A stretch of DNA of 64,000 bases from Allocoleopsis franciscana PCC 7113. Its GTDB lineage: Bacteria > Cyanobacteriota > Cyanobacteriia > Cyanobacteriales > Coleofasciculaceae. Of the stretch, positions 1 to 10,154 are shown piece after piece; positions within the stretch are counted from its first letter, which is position 1; each line of letters opens with the position of its first letter. The notes beneath the pieces are model-generated. The model was not told where the DNA came from. It searched no databases and saw only the letters and a program-made list of their open reading frames with translations. The stretch lies in assembly GCF_000317515.1 (NCBI RefSeq), contig NC_019738.1, positions 1,745,623 to 1,809,622 on the forward strand, in the 5' to 3' direction. Both the position numbers and the translations under genes were made by a program.

Positions 1-3000
1 ATTGTGTTTGGCCCCAATGCCAGCTTGAACGTTCCAGCTTCGTTCACCGCGACTACAGCGACGGGTATTGGCCTTGATAATAATCAGTTATTCAGCGCCA
101 CCGAACCCAATAACTACGCGACCTTGGTCGGTCAACCTAGTAACTTCAACTTTGCCACATCCCAGACACCAGGGGCAGTGGTGAATATGGGTCAACTGAG
201 TGTCAGCCAGGGGAACAACTTATCTTTGGTGGGCGGTACGGTAGTCAGTACGGGTCAATTAAATGCGCCAGGAGGACAAATTAACATTACGGCTGTTCCT
301 GGTCAGAGTACAGTACTCCTGAGTGCCCCTGGGAACGTGCTCAGCCTAGAGGTTCCAGCCTCAGAAGTCTCCACGATCACTCCTAGTACCTTACCCCAGC
401 TATTGACAGGCAGCGGTCAATCTACGGGTTTGGCAGTTAATAGTTCAGGTCAGGTAGAACTGACGGGGTCGAATATTCCCATCCACAACGGAGATGTGGT
501 GATCAAAGGAAGTGTAACAGCCCAAACAGCCACGGTGTCCGCTCAAAATAATCTGATTTTAGTAGAAAGCCAGTTGCAAACAACAGGTGACTTGAATCTA
601 CTGGCGCAGAATACAGTGATGGTGAGAGATACAGCCACCAATCCTTTCCTCGCCCAGGCAGGAGGGAACCTTTATATTCAGGGTAATTACGAGATTGACA
701 TCCTGGCACTGAATACTCCATATATACCCCCCTTTCAAAGTGGTGGCAACTTGAGTTTTGTCAGTGATGGAATTATTTCTTTTGATAGTCACTCCCAGAG
801 TGGGGGGAGTATCTTGTTTCACAACTTATCAGGCGGCCCCGCCAACGTCTACAGCTATTATGACCCCATCATTACCTCCGGAGGTAATATTGCCCTAGGC
901 AACTACACAGGGGCGGCTCTCAAGGTAGATTCAGGTGGCACTATTACAGCCGGAGATATTACGATTACCCAACCGGATACTCTCTCGATTCCTACTACCG
1001 ATCCAGATTATGTGATTTTGACCACTACTCCATCGCTGATTCTGAAGGCAGCAGGGAGCATTAATGTAGGGAATATCAATACTTCGGATCAAAGTGTAGG
1101 TGATGCTGGGCATGTGAGGTTGACCGCCCAAGGTAACATTACGACCGGCGATATCAACGCCAGAGATTTGGGTGCGGGAAATGCGGGTTCTGTCTCATTG
1201 TTATCCGCTGGGGGCAACATTCAAGTTGAAAATGTCAATACAACCAACCTGAACGCAGGCAATTCCGGTTCTATAACGATGATCGGCGCTGGCACCGTTA
1301 CACACGGCGAATTGAATTGGAATAACTTTGGAACGGGAAATCAAGCAAGCAGCCCTGTAATCATGCAGAATCTAGGGGGCACCAACACTCCTCCACCAAC
1401 AGGCGGTACGACGACTCCCCCACCAGGCGGCACAACTCCCCCACCAGGCGGCACAACGACTCCTCCACCAACGGGTGGTACCACAACTCCCCCACCAGGC
1501 GGCACAACTCCCCCACCAGGCGGTACCACAACTCCAACACCAACGGGCGGTACCACGACTCCAACACCACCAGGCGGCACAACGACTCCTCCACCAACGG
1601 GTGGTACCACAACTCCCCCACCAGGCGGCACAACTCCCCCACCAGGCGGCACAACGACTCCTCCACCAACGGGTGGTACCACAACTCCCCCACCAGGCGG
1701 TACCACAACTCCAACACCACCAGGCGGTACCACAACTCCAACACCACCAGGCGGTACCACAACTCCAACACCAACAGGTGGTACCACAACTCCAACACCA
1801 ACGGGCGGTACCACAACTCCAACACCAACGGGCGGTACCACAACTCCAACACCAACGGGCGGTACCACAACTCCAACACCAACGGGCGGTACCACAACTC
1901 CAACACCAACGGGTGGTACCACAACTCCAACACCAACGGGCGGTACCACAACTCCAACACCAACAGGCGGTACCACAACTCCAACACCAACAGGCGGTAC
2001 CACAACTCCAACACCAACAGGCGGTACCACAACTCCAACACCAACAGGTGGTACAACGACTCCAACACCAACGGGCGGTACCACAACTCCAACACCAACA
2101 CCTACAGGCGGCAGTAAAACGACTCCTTCATCGGGTAGTACAACGACTACCTCCGGTGACAGTATCACTACTCCCGCCGGAGGTAGTAAAGATAATGCTT
2201 CTGGCGGAAGTACAAACAGTACTTCTAATACCTGTCTATCCTGTACGTCCACTGATAGCACTGTGACTACACCCAGTGGCATCGCAAATCATCAATCTAG
2301 TGCCACTACCAGCACGACATCCCGTAGCAGCACAGTGGCTACATCCGATGGCAGTACACCCAATTCACCCAATAGTGGTGGAGCAAATAATCCATCAGGG
2401 CAGGGGAATACTAATCATGTTCATCTGGGTGGAACCAGCGATTCGCCAACAACGAGCTCATCACCACAACAGTTAGTCGGGAACTCGTCTTCAAGTGAAG
2501 TGAAGCCTAATTTAGTGTCTTCTCTGGAAGAACCTTTGACAAATCAATTCGAGCAATATTTTGGGCACCCTGACAAGACTCCGACTGTAACTCTGGCAGA
2601 CGCTCGTAATATTCTTCGTAAAGTGGAGAAAGCAACTGGCGTCAAACCCGCACTCATTTATGCAACCTTTGTGCCTCAACGGATTGTAGCCAATGGGGTA
2701 AGCAATGTATCAACTCCAGACCAAAACTCAAACCTTGAAACTCCAAATTCTTCATACCAGTTGGAATTAGTGTTGGTGACAGGGGAGGGTGAACCGATTC
2801 GTCGTCAAGTAACTGGAGCAACGCGAGAGAACGTTCTCCAAGTGGTTTATCAATTTCAGTCTGAAGTGACGAATGCTCAAAGTGGACGTGACTACGAGGC
2901 TCCTAGTAAACAACTCTATCAATGGCTAATCGCTCCTCTGGATGCTGAGATCAAAGCACGAGGTATCCAAAATCTGTCTTTCATCATGGATAGCGGCTTG

Positions 3001-3786
3001 CGATCTCTTCCCATCGCGGCTCTTTATGATGGTCAACAGTTTCTGGTTGAGAAATATAGCCTTGGCTTGATGCCTAGTCTCAGTCTGATTACTGATACGA
3101 ACTACAAGAGCATTAAAGACTTACAAGTTCTGGCGATGGGAGCGTCAAAATTCCCAGAGAAAAGCCCTTTACCGGCGGTACCTGTCGAGTTATCGCTCAT
3201 TACACCTTCTTTGTGGCAGGGCAAGGCATTCCTGAACGATAACTTTACCCTAGCGAATCTGAAGGAACAACGAGAGCAAAAGCCTTTTGGATTGATTCAC
3301 CTGGCAACCCATGCCACCTTCCGTGCCGGAGCACCAGGCAACTCTTACATTGAATTTTGGGATACGAAGCTACAGCTAGACCAATTGCCTGGGCTAGGTT
3401 GGGGTAATCCACCTGTGGAGTTGTTGGTATTGAGCGCCTGTAAGACAGCGTTGGGAGATCAGCAAGCCGAGTTAGGTTTTGCGGGGTTAGCCGTACAAGC
3501 TGGGGTAAAATCAGCGATCGCATCCCTCTGGTCTGTGAGTGATGAAGGAACTTTAGCCCTCATGACACAGCTATACCAGCAGTTGAAAGTATCACCCATT
3601 AAAGCAGGAGCGCTGCAACAGGCACAAATAGCGATGCTCAGAGGGCAAGTTTCTCTCAAAGAAGGTAAGCTGTTTTCGGGTAAAGAGACTGTACCTTTAC
3701 CACCAGAACTGGTCAAGCTAGGAACCCGGAATTTGACACATCCCTATTTTTGGGCTGGTTTTACGATGATTGGCAGTCCTTGGTAA
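1..3786 (+). CDS. Large secreted protein, 5'-partial: haemagglutinin/TPS-like N-terminal domain, Thr/Pro-rich repeat linker, C-terminal CHAT (caspase-HetF-like) protease domain
   Basis: The ORF is open to the window start. N-terminal Gly/Asn/Thr-rich beta-helix-like sequence (NASLNVPASF...GQINITAVPG) is typical of cyanobacterial 'filamentous haemagglutinin N-terminal domain' proteins. C-terminal region has CHAT hallmarks: LIHLATHATF...ELLVLSACKTALG gives the His/Cys dyad spacing. Cyanobacteria commonly carry haemagglutinin-domain plus CHAT proteins. Confidence 0.8.
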   Translation: MVFGPNASLNVPASFTATTATGIGLDNNQLFSATEPNNYATLVGQPSNFNFATSQTPGAVVNMGQLSVSQGNNLSLVGGTVVSTGQLNAPGGQINITAVPGQSTVLLSAPGNVLSLEVPASEVSTITPSTLPQLLTGSGQSTGLAVNSSGQVELTGSNIPIHNGDVVIKGSVTAQTATVSAQNNLILVESQLQTTGDLNLLAQNTVMVRDTATNPFLAQAGGNLYIQGNYEIDILALNTPYIPPFQSGGNLSFVSDGIISFDSHSQSGGSILFHNLSGGPANVYSYYDPIITSGGNIALGNYTGAALKVDSGGTITAGDITITQPDTLSIPTTDPDYVILTTTPSLILKAAGSINVGNINTSDQSVGDAGHVRLTAQGNITTGDINARDLGAGNAGSVSLLSAGGNIQVENVNTTNLNAGNSGSITMIGAGTVTHGELNWNNFGTGNQASSPVIMQNLGGTNTPPPTGGTTTPPPGGTTPPPGGTTTPPPTGGTTTPPPGGTTPPPGGTTTPTPTGGTTTPTPPGGTTTPPPTGGTTTPPPGGTTPPPGGTTTPPPTGGTTTPPPGGTTTPTPPGGTTTPTPPGGTTTPTPTGGTTTPTPTGGTTTPTPTGGTTTPTPTGGTTTPTPTGGTTTPTPTGGTTTPTPTGGTTTPTPTGGTTTPTPTGGTTTPTPTGGTTTPTPTGGTTTPTPTGGTTTPTPTPTGGSKTTPSSGSTTTTSGDSITTPAGGSKDNASGGSTNSTSNTCLSCTSTDSTVTTPSGIANHQSSATTSTTSRSSTVATSDGSTPNSPNSGGANNPSGQGNTNHVHLGGTSDSPTTSSSPQQLVGNSSSSEVKPNLVSSLEEPLTNQFEQYFGHPDKTPTVTLADARNILRKVEKATGVKPALIYATFVPQRIVANGVSNVSTPDQNSNLETPNSSYQLELVLVTGEGEPIRRQVTGATRENVLQVVYQFQSEVTNAQSGRDYEAPSKQLYQWLIAPLDAEIKARGIQNLSFIMDSGLRSLPIAALYDGQQFLVEKYSLGLMPSLSLITDTNYKSIKDLQVLAMGASKFPEKSPLPAVPVELSLITPSLWQGKAFLNDNFTLANLKEQREQKPFGLIHLATHATFRAGAPGNSYIEFWDTKLQLDQLPGLGWGNPPVELLVLSACKTALGDQQAELGFAGLAVQAGVKSAIASLWSVSDEGTLALMTQLYQQLKVSPIKAGALQQAQIAMLRGQVSLKEGKLFSGKETVPLPPELVKLGTRNLTHPYFWAGFTMIGSPW
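1384..2110 (+). repeat. Near-perfect 27-bp tandem array of about 26 units (ggcggtaccacaactccaacaccaacg and variants) encoding (TTTPTPTGG)n inside the CHAT protein
   Basis: Directly visible in the sequence. The N-terminal units are a PPGG/PPTGG variant and the later units are identical TPTPTGG copies. The repeat also generates three spurious long ORFs on other frames and strands. Confidence 0.95.
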
Positions 3787-3864
3787 GGAGGAATTTTAGA
3801 TGGGATTGGAGTTTCTCCGACCAGTTTTGCCGCTAGTCATGGGAAAGGAAAATTAATCTCAAAA

Positions 3865-4569
3865 CTAAAATCTAACATGAGTTGAATAGGCGGCAAACTG
3901 CTCAATCCAGGCTGTTCGTACACGACCGGCCTGATTCGCTTGCCAGATTTTACCACTGGTCACATCCAAACACGTTAACCAGCCCTTGCTGTAAACTCTC
4001 GTATCAATACAAATCGCGTGCCCCCGATTGACCGGCAAGCCACTTTTTTGACTCGTATGCCCACAAACCATGGTTTTGCCGGAAATGTGTGGGACTGGAT
4101 TGCCAAATTTCTCCCAGAACAACATGCTTGCGGACTGCTTTGCTAGCGGTATATCGGGATGGACGTTGGCATGGACAAAAAAGTGAGTATCGGTTTCGTA
4201 CCAGTCTACACAGACATTTTCTATAAAGTGCCAGTGGCGAGCGGGGATATCCTTAAGCTTAGCCACTTGGTTCGATTTCGAGTAAGATGTGAGCGTCTCT
4301 TTGCCACCCCGACAGCGCCATAGGGATTCCTCCCTACGACTGAAACGTGCCGCCAGCATCATCAGTTCATGATTGCCTCGTAACGCAACAAGCTGTCCTT
4401 TCTGGTGTAGTTTGATTAACCGATTCAGGATGCCTTTCGAGTTTGGCCCTCGGTCTACATAATCGCCAAGGGTGATGATAGTATCGGTTGGCTGTAGCTT
4501 AACCCTAGAGAGCAGGGTATCAAATGCTGTTGAGCATCCGTGAATATCGCCGATGGCAAGAATACGCAT
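3865..4569 (-). CDS. Metallophosphoesterase, PPP-family Ser/Thr phosphatase or ApaH-like diadenosine tetraphosphatase
   Basis: N-terminal MRILAIGDIHGC...LGDYVDRGP...RGNHE motifs (GDxHG, GDxxDRG, GNHE) are diagnostic of calcineurin-like phosphoesterases. Confidence 0.8.
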   Translation of the reverse strand: MRILAIGDIHGCSTAFDTLLSRVKLQPTDTIITLGDYVDRGPNSKGILNRLIKLHQKGQLVALRGNHELMMLAARFSRREESLWRCRGGKETLTSYSKSNQVAKLKDIPARHWHFIENVCVDWYETDTHFFVHANVHPDIPLAKQSASMLFWEKFGNPVPHISGKTMVCGHTSQKSGLPVNRGHAICIDTRVYSKGWLTCLDVTSGKIWQANQAGRVRTAWIEQFAAYSTHVRF

Positions 4570-4654
4570 GGTTAACTTCGGTCAGATTCATCAATTTCAG
4601 TATTGGGCTTCAGGACTAAGCGCTTACTACAAACTGTGCGATCGCATCACCCCA

Positions 4655-6178
4655 TTAGGCTTCTGACGAGATCAGCGATTCCATCGCTTTTTGCAGGTCT
4701 TCAGTGAGATCCGCCACCGCTTGTCGAGCACCCTGACGACTCGCCTGATACATAGGATAGCGTTCTGAAACCGATAGAGGCTGCCCAATGGTCATCTGTA
4801 CCCGTTGTCGGCCTAAGCGAGGGCGCTGAAAAGGGCTATGACCCTTAATGCGAGTGACCATATCCCATAATAGTAAGGTCGTCTCAGCAAATCGCTCTAC
4901 GGTAGGCTTTTCAATCACGTAGTAGCCAGTAACAGCCACAAACGTTTCCACTAAACGCATGTGCCACATCCGCAAGTTGGCTTCCTCCGCAATGCGATCG
5001 GCTAATCCTCTCTCCAAAGGAGAAATGGCTTTAACATTCTTCAACTCTTCTCGATAGATATAATTCCAGCCTGCTTGCTCTAACCGACGACAGCGATCAA
5101 TTAAACTCCCCTTCGCAGACAAGTCAAAATACTCTTCGGCTACCTGTAGCGCCACGTTGAGTAAGGCTTGGAGGCGAACGGCTAACCCTTCATTGAGGTG
5201 GGTTGCTGACTCTGGGGAGGGAGGAGTGGTATCCCCTGTCACCGTTGGCAAGGTTTGATGATAGAAGCGAGTGTAAAACTCTTCCATGAACGACAATAAG
5301 CGATCGCTCAAACGATAAAGCCTGCAATAAAGCCAGTTTTGAGCTTTCGGGGTTAGGGTTTGAGTGGCAGGGGTTAACTCTAAGCTTCCCTCCTCAACGG
5401 GTAAACCACTCGCCGCTTCTAATTCGCTTAACAGCTTTTCTATGGCTTTCCAGGGCGCTTCAACGTAACGATACTGAATTCCGATGGGTAAAATGCACAC
5501 CTCTTGGGTTCGATCTGCTTTGTGTACATCTTCAGCACACCAAAATCCAAATTGTGCAATCCCCGGTTCTAGGGGACTGATAATCTCATTATGTCCATTC
5601 GTCGCTCCTTCAGGGGAAGCCAACATCGGAAACTGACCATTGGCAAATAAGTGACGAATCGAGCGTAACCCCATCCAATCGGCCTTACCCCGCTGGATCG
5701 GAGTGCCACCCAATCGAGAATAGAGCCAAGCCATTTGTGAACCCGCCCACAGAGGAATGCCCCGATCATAAATAAAATGGCTATGAATGGGGGACTGTAA
5801 CGATATCCCCTGTTGTTTGGCAACCTGGGGTACCAACCGCCACAGCAAGTGAGCCAGACAAAGGGGGTCATCAACACTGGGATGCCGAAACGCCATTAAG
5901 AAACGAATTTTACCCTCCTGAAACTGACGATATAAATCGACCAAAACCTCGACGTTGTCTGCTTCAATTTGGCTAATCGCTGTGTGCCGACGCCTCCACA
6001 TCGGCAGCACTTGTTGGGCGACTCTTAGCACTAAGGGATTAAAATTCGGTGGGATAAATTCTAGAGGGGGCTGAGCCTGAATCATCAAATCTGGCAAGGG
6101 GGTTGTCTCCTGAGTGGCGATCAAATTGGGCAGCAGCACTCGTGTGACGCCGATGCTCCTAACATCACTACTGCACAT
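4655..6178 (-). CDS. Phospholipid/glycerol acyltransferase family protein (PlsC-like HX4D acyltransferase with long C-terminal extension)
   Basis: FRHPSVDDP matches the HX4D catalytic motif, and ASPEGATNGH resembles the FPEGTR block of lysophospholipid acyltransferases. The product is larger than canonical PlsC, so exact substrate is unknown. Confidence 0.55.
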   Translation of the reverse strand: MCSSDVRSIGVTRVLLPNLIATQETTPLPDLMIQAQPPLEFIPPNFNPLVLRVAQQVLPMWRRRHTAISQIEADNVEVLVDLYRQFQEGKIRFLMAFRHPSVDDPLCLAHLLWRLVPQVAKQQGISLQSPIHSHFIYDRGIPLWAGSQMAWLYSRLGGTPIQRGKADWMGLRSIRHLFANGQFPMLASPEGATNGHNEIISPLEPGIAQFGFWCAEDVHKADRTQEVCILPIGIQYRYVEAPWKAIEKLLSELEAASGLPVEEGSLELTPATQTLTPKAQNWLYCRLYRLSDRLLSFMEEFYTRFYHQTLPTVTGDTTPPSPESATHLNEGLAVRLQALLNVALQVAEEYFDLSAKGSLIDRCRRLEQAGWNYIYREELKNVKAISPLERGLADRIAEEANLRMWHMRLVETFVAVTGYYVIEKPTVERFAETTLLLWDMVTRIKGHSPFQRPRLGRQRVQMTIGQPLSVSERYPMYQASRQGARQAVADLTEDLQKAMESLISSEA

Positions 6179-6518
6179 CCTAAGATTTAGCTGAAATAAT
6201 GATTATGCACTCTAGCGATACAACCAGTACCTCGACTGTCATAAATTCTTTGGGTCATGCGGCGGAAAGTTCCGAACAACAAACCCCTATCCAGGAAACA
6301 TGAGCAATTCCAGAAAGCTGATTTCTCTGCCTCATGATTGAGCTTTCGGGTGGTATTTCTCTGGAATTATTGCTAGATTAATCCAGGCTTTTTTGAATTA
6401 GAGAACTCAGTCACCTTTGTAACTGTCACACTCACCACAGCAGGAGTGTATAAAATAGTATTTTTGTCTTGTAGTCCCTCGCAACCAGGGATACATATTA
6501 TCTAAAATTTTCCAACAT

Positions 6519-6556
6519 GAAAAAATAATCTCCTCTCAGACAAAGAGAGGAGATAG
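6519..6556 (-). terminator. Rho-independent terminator hairpin downstream of the carotenoid oxygenase gene
   Basis: Perfect 10-bp stem atctcctctc / gagaggagat (6528-6537 and 6545-6554) with a 7-nt loop, followed on the minus strand by a U-run (plus-strand aaaaaataa). Confidence 0.6.
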
Positions 6557-6590
6557 GTTTTGTGTTTAATAACCTTGACTTACGGATTCA

Positions 6591-8321
6591 TCAACGGTTC
6601 AAAACTTGATCGGGTTGGTTGAAGATAAATTCCCTAGGAACTTTGGCTAAACTCCGCAAAGCACAGGAAACCCGATCAACACGATAGGAAGGAGGAGCAG
6701 AAACCAGCTTCTCAAAATACTCAGAATGTAAGGTGAAGCCAAAGTTAACTGTATCTGGCAGAGTCAGCTTGGCAATCGGGCCGTTCTTGAGGTTATCGGC
6801 AGCAAATAACCAGGCTTCCAGATGATTTTCGGCAAATACTTTCGTGAAAATATATCCCTTACCTTGAGGAATATATTGAATACTGTCGAGAAGACAGTGA
6901 TCGGGGAACACATAAAAATCCAGGAATTCATGCCCTAAGCTCGGTAACTCCCGCTCCGGATGTTCTTGTTGTTCTTTTTCCAACTGCTCGGTCAGCATTT
7001 TCCAATCTTCTGCTAGAGGAATGCGAGCTAAAACAGAAGGTAAATTGTGGGTGGGCAGTTTCTGATCAGTCAGGATACGGTTAGGATGATCCCGGAAAGC
7101 AAGGTACTGACGACGGCAGATAAAATCTCGCCAATACCCACTATAGCCTTGGTAAATTGCCGAATAACCTGAAGCGGTAAACTGCTCCCGTGGGTCAGCC
7201 GTATAGAGCATGGTGGAATACCATCCGGGATGGATAAACGCTTCTTCTTGAATGACTTGACCATCACCAATAACTACTTTACGTAGAACACCTGGGTCAA
7301 AACCAAACATCCAGGGAATGCCCCAATATTCCTCGCTGTAGGGTTTGCCCGTAAAGTGCATAACATCACAGGGTTCCAATGATTGAGTCAGGCTAATTGT
7401 TCCCTGTTGGACAGCCACCATCTGAATGTTTCCATCGTTATGGCGGTAGTTACAGAGGAAATGGTAGCTATCACCTGGAAAGGTAACCAGGCGTGCGGGA
7501 ACTTTATAGTTGGCGGCTGTTAAGTCTTTACGGTCTACGACATAGACCTGAGTATGAGGATAAGCATTGGTGGGTGGAACCTTAAGCCCCATGAGTGTGG
7601 TTAAGCCCATTTGGAAAGGCATATCGGGAATCATCGCGCATTCTTCGGTGAGGATGATGGTATGGGGGCTACCATCGAGTCGAGTTCCATCCAACTCCCA
7701 GTGCTTTAACGTGCCTTTACCGTCCCAAACGGTAATATAAACCTGGCTAATCATGTCATAAAACAATTGCCCTGGACGCGGCACACATTTCAATTCGCAG
7801 CTAATTAACTCACCCGTCTCTGGGTCGTAAAAAGGGTGAGCTGTATTTGCCACCATGGGGAAGAATGAGAGGGGAACACTGATGATATGTTCGTCAAAGT
7901 ATCCCACCGGCGTAATCGTTTCTAGGGTGACCGGATCGATTTCCCAGTAGCGTCCCGCATCGGCGGTGAGAAGCAGTCGCCCATTCATATTGACCACTCC
8001 AGTGTTTGCTGGCTCGGCAATACCAAAGAGACTCATTCTTGCCGGAAAAAAAGCTCGCTGCCGCCAAGTGAGGGGAAGCAAATCTTGCCAAAAACTATCC
8101 CAGGTATTAACTCGTTTGCACAGGAGTTTGACTTTCCCATTTTGTGGAGCCAGATCCCAACGGATAGTGACACCCGCACCCCCAAACAAATGACGTTCTC
8201 CAATTTGGTGATAGGGAGCCGCCACGAAAATATGACCCGATAGTTCCTGAGGCCAAGCTCCAGAGATGGTAGCTTCAAATTGACCAATGCTGGAACGAGT
8301 AAAATTTTGAACAGATACCAT
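6591..8321 (-). CDS. Carotenoid cleavage oxygenase (RPE65/CCD family; apocarotenoid oxygenase-like)
   Basis: Contains the family signature TAHPFYDPETGEL (cf. conserved AHPKxDPxTGEL), plus several conserved His and an N-terminal GHIFVAAPY block in the place of the GPG/NGP block. Length about 576 aa is compatible. Confidence 0.7.
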   Translation of the reverse strand: MVSVQNFTRSSIGQFEATISGAWPQELSGHIFVAAPYHQIGERHLFGGAGVTIRWDLAPQNGKVKLLCKRVNTWDSFWQDLLPLTWRQRAFFPARMSLFGIAEPANTGVVNMNGRLLLTADAGRYWEIDPVTLETITPVGYFDEHIISVPLSFFPMVANTAHPFYDPETGELISCELKCVPRPGQLFYDMISQVYITVWDGKGTLKHWELDGTRLDGSPHTIILTEECAMIPDMPFQMGLTTLMGLKVPPTNAYPHTQVYVVDRKDLTAANYKVPARLVTFPGDSYHFLCNYRHNDGNIQMVAVQQGTISLTQSLEPCDVMHFTGKPYSEEYWGIPWMFGFDPGVLRKVVIGDGQVIQEEAFIHPGWYSTMLYTADPREQFTASGYSAIYQGYSGYWRDFICRRQYLAFRDHPNRILTDQKLPTHNLPSVLARIPLAEDWKMLTEQLEKEQQEHPERELPSLGHEFLDFYVFPDHCLLDSIQYIPQGKGYIFTKVFAENHLEAWLFAADNLKNGPIAKLTLPDTVNFGFTLHSEYFEKLVSAPPSYRVDRVSCALRSLAKVPREFIFNQPDQVLNR

Positions 8322-8534
8322 AGCGATTTCTGACGAAGTGGATGCTTACGGCTGAGTTCGAGATTATTTTTGATTCTGATATGCTAACTTAGCCACTCTT
8401 GGCTGGCATCCCATGGTATCCGGCAATACAACCCTTATCGGTGGAGAGGCGAATAGTGAGGACTAAAGTCGTCTTGTGAGGGGCACTCTTTATGCCTACT
8501 ACGAACAGGGGTGCTCACTCCCTAATCGGCAGGG

Positions 8535-9860
8535 TTAAGAATTTAATTCCTGATCAACTGTCGAATTCCGATTAATGACCACTAACACCTTATCAACTCG
8601 ATTGCCGTCCATATCCATCACTTCCAACCGCATATCCCGCCACTCAAAGCAATCAGTCGCCTTGGGAATACGTCCTAACTGAGTAACAACAAAACCACCC
8701 ACGGTGTGATAGTTTCCTCGATGCTCTCCCAGCAACTCCTCAATGTTAAATAATTCAAAAAACTCCTCCACCGACAACATTCCATCCACCAACCATGAAC
8801 CATCCTCACGCTGTACCGCTTGAGGTTGATCACTGGTATCGACCGAAGGAATATCCCCAACAATCTCTTCTAAAATATCGTTGAGAGTTACCAAACCTTG
8901 AATCACACCATACTCATCAACAACGATCGCAATGTGAGTACTGCTTTGCTTGAACAACTCTAAAATTCGCAACCCAGGTGTGCTTTCTGGAACATAAACC
9001 GGGCGATGCAATGCACTCGTCAAGTCAAGGGGCTTATTCAATAGACAGTTGCTGAGCAAATCGTTGACATGGATGATGCCAAGGACATTATCCAGTTCCC
9101 CCTGGCAGACTAAATATCGAGAATGGGCGCTATCCATCATCACCTGCCGATTCGTTTCCGCTGAGTCGTCTAGATCAAGCCAGACAATTTCAGGGCGAGG
9201 CGTCATCAAAGCCCTCACTCGCCGATCGCCTAAACGAAACACCCGTTCCACCATATCTTGTTCGGCTTCCTCAAAGGTTCCCGCCTCAGTGCCTTGAGCG
9301 ATCAAAACCTTAACTTCTTCTTGGGTTACCAGGGGTTCTGTAGAGGGCGTGATGTTCAACAGCCGCATCATGAGCTCCGTGGAAAGACTCAACAACTGAA
9401 CGATGGGGTAAGTCAGTTTAGACAACATCTGCATCGGCATGGCGACAGCCGAGGCAATTTTTTCCGGGTTGTTTAACGCCAACCGCTTAGGCATCAGTTC
9501 GCCAATCACCAGCGTGAGATAAGTAATAATCAAAATCGCTGAGATCGAAGCGATCGCATCACTAAAGGGTGCCAGTGGAGGAACCCACTTTAACAAAGTC
9601 CCTACTCTCGCCGATATCACCGATTCACCAAAAGCACCGGATATGATTGCCAGAAGCGTTATTCCAATCTGAACGGTACCCAGAAACTGATTGGGGGAAT
9701 TCGCCAGTTGTAAGGCAATACCCGCTTGGATATTCCCCTGGTTGGCTATCTGTTGCAGGCGCACCTTCCGGACTGAGACAATCGCCATCTCTGACATCAC
9801 AAAGATGCCGTTAGCAACGATCAGTAGGAAAACAATTAGAATTTCCACAGGGAAAGACAA
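8535..9860 (-). CDS. HlyC/CorC family transporter (DUF21 membrane domain, tandem CBS, CorC_HlyC C-terminal domain)
   Basis: N-terminal four hydrophobic helices, central CBS-pair region (ILGIIHVNDLL, VVDEYGVIQGLVTLNDILEEIVGDI) and C-terminal transporter-associated domain are typical of the CNNM/CorC family. Confidence 0.85.
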   Translation of the reverse strand: MSFPVEILIVFLLIVANGIFVMSEMAIVSVRKVRLQQIANQGNIQAGIALQLANSPNQFLGTVQIGITLLAIISGAFGESVISARVGTLLKWVPPLAPFSDAIASISAILIITYLTLVIGELMPKRLALNNPEKIASAVAMPMQMLSKLTYPIVQLLSLSTELMMRLLNITPSTEPLVTQEEVKVLIAQGTEAGTFEEAEQDMVERVFRLGDRRVRALMTPRPEIVWLDLDDSAETNRQVMMDSAHSRYLVCQGELDNVLGIIHVNDLLSNCLLNKPLDLTSALHRPVYVPESTPGLRILELFKQSSTHIAIVVDEYGVIQGLVTLNDILEEIVGDIPSVDTSDQPQAVQREDGSWLVDGMLSVEEFFELFNIEELLGEHRGNYHTVGGFVVTQLGRIPKATDCFEWRDMRLEVMDMDGNRVDKVLVVINRNSTVDQELNS

Positions 9861-10154
9861 CCTTCTTTTGCTGGTAGTTTCGGTGAACTGAGCCTAGCTG
9901 ATTTAGTATGCGATATTCCAACCCCCTATTCCAGTTGCAGAAGGCAGAGGTGCGGGGTGCAATGATCAGTGTACATCCAAGATTAAACTTGTGTATTTTG
10001 CCTTTTTACTCCTAGTTCACCCAGGCACAAATCACTCCCTTACTACCCCACTCTGCCTCATCTCATCAATTCCCGGCGGCTTCTTTAAAATGAGTGAGAT
10101 AGGCAGCTAGCTTGCCTGCGTTCGTGATCACCCTCTCACACATTCTGTGGACTC

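Noticed and set aside
1384-2110. Regular short repeats that could superficially suggest a CRISPR array
   Set aside because: The units are contiguous with no unique spacers. The period is 27 bp and they lie in frame inside a long coding sequence.
1341-2282. Three long ORFs (1341-2282 minus, 1361-2101 minus, 1475-2266 plus) with strikingly repetitive translations (VGVGVVVPP, LVLELWYR, VPQLQHQ)
   Set aside because: They are frame and strand images of the 27-bp tandem array inside the CHAT-protein gene. The array is clearly part of the long plus-strand ORF with flanking conserved domains, so these are artefacts.
7070-8287. Several 65-85-aa ORFs on both strands inside the carotenoid oxygenase gene
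   Set aside because: They are fully nested in a gene with family-specific motifs and have no RBS or conservation signal.
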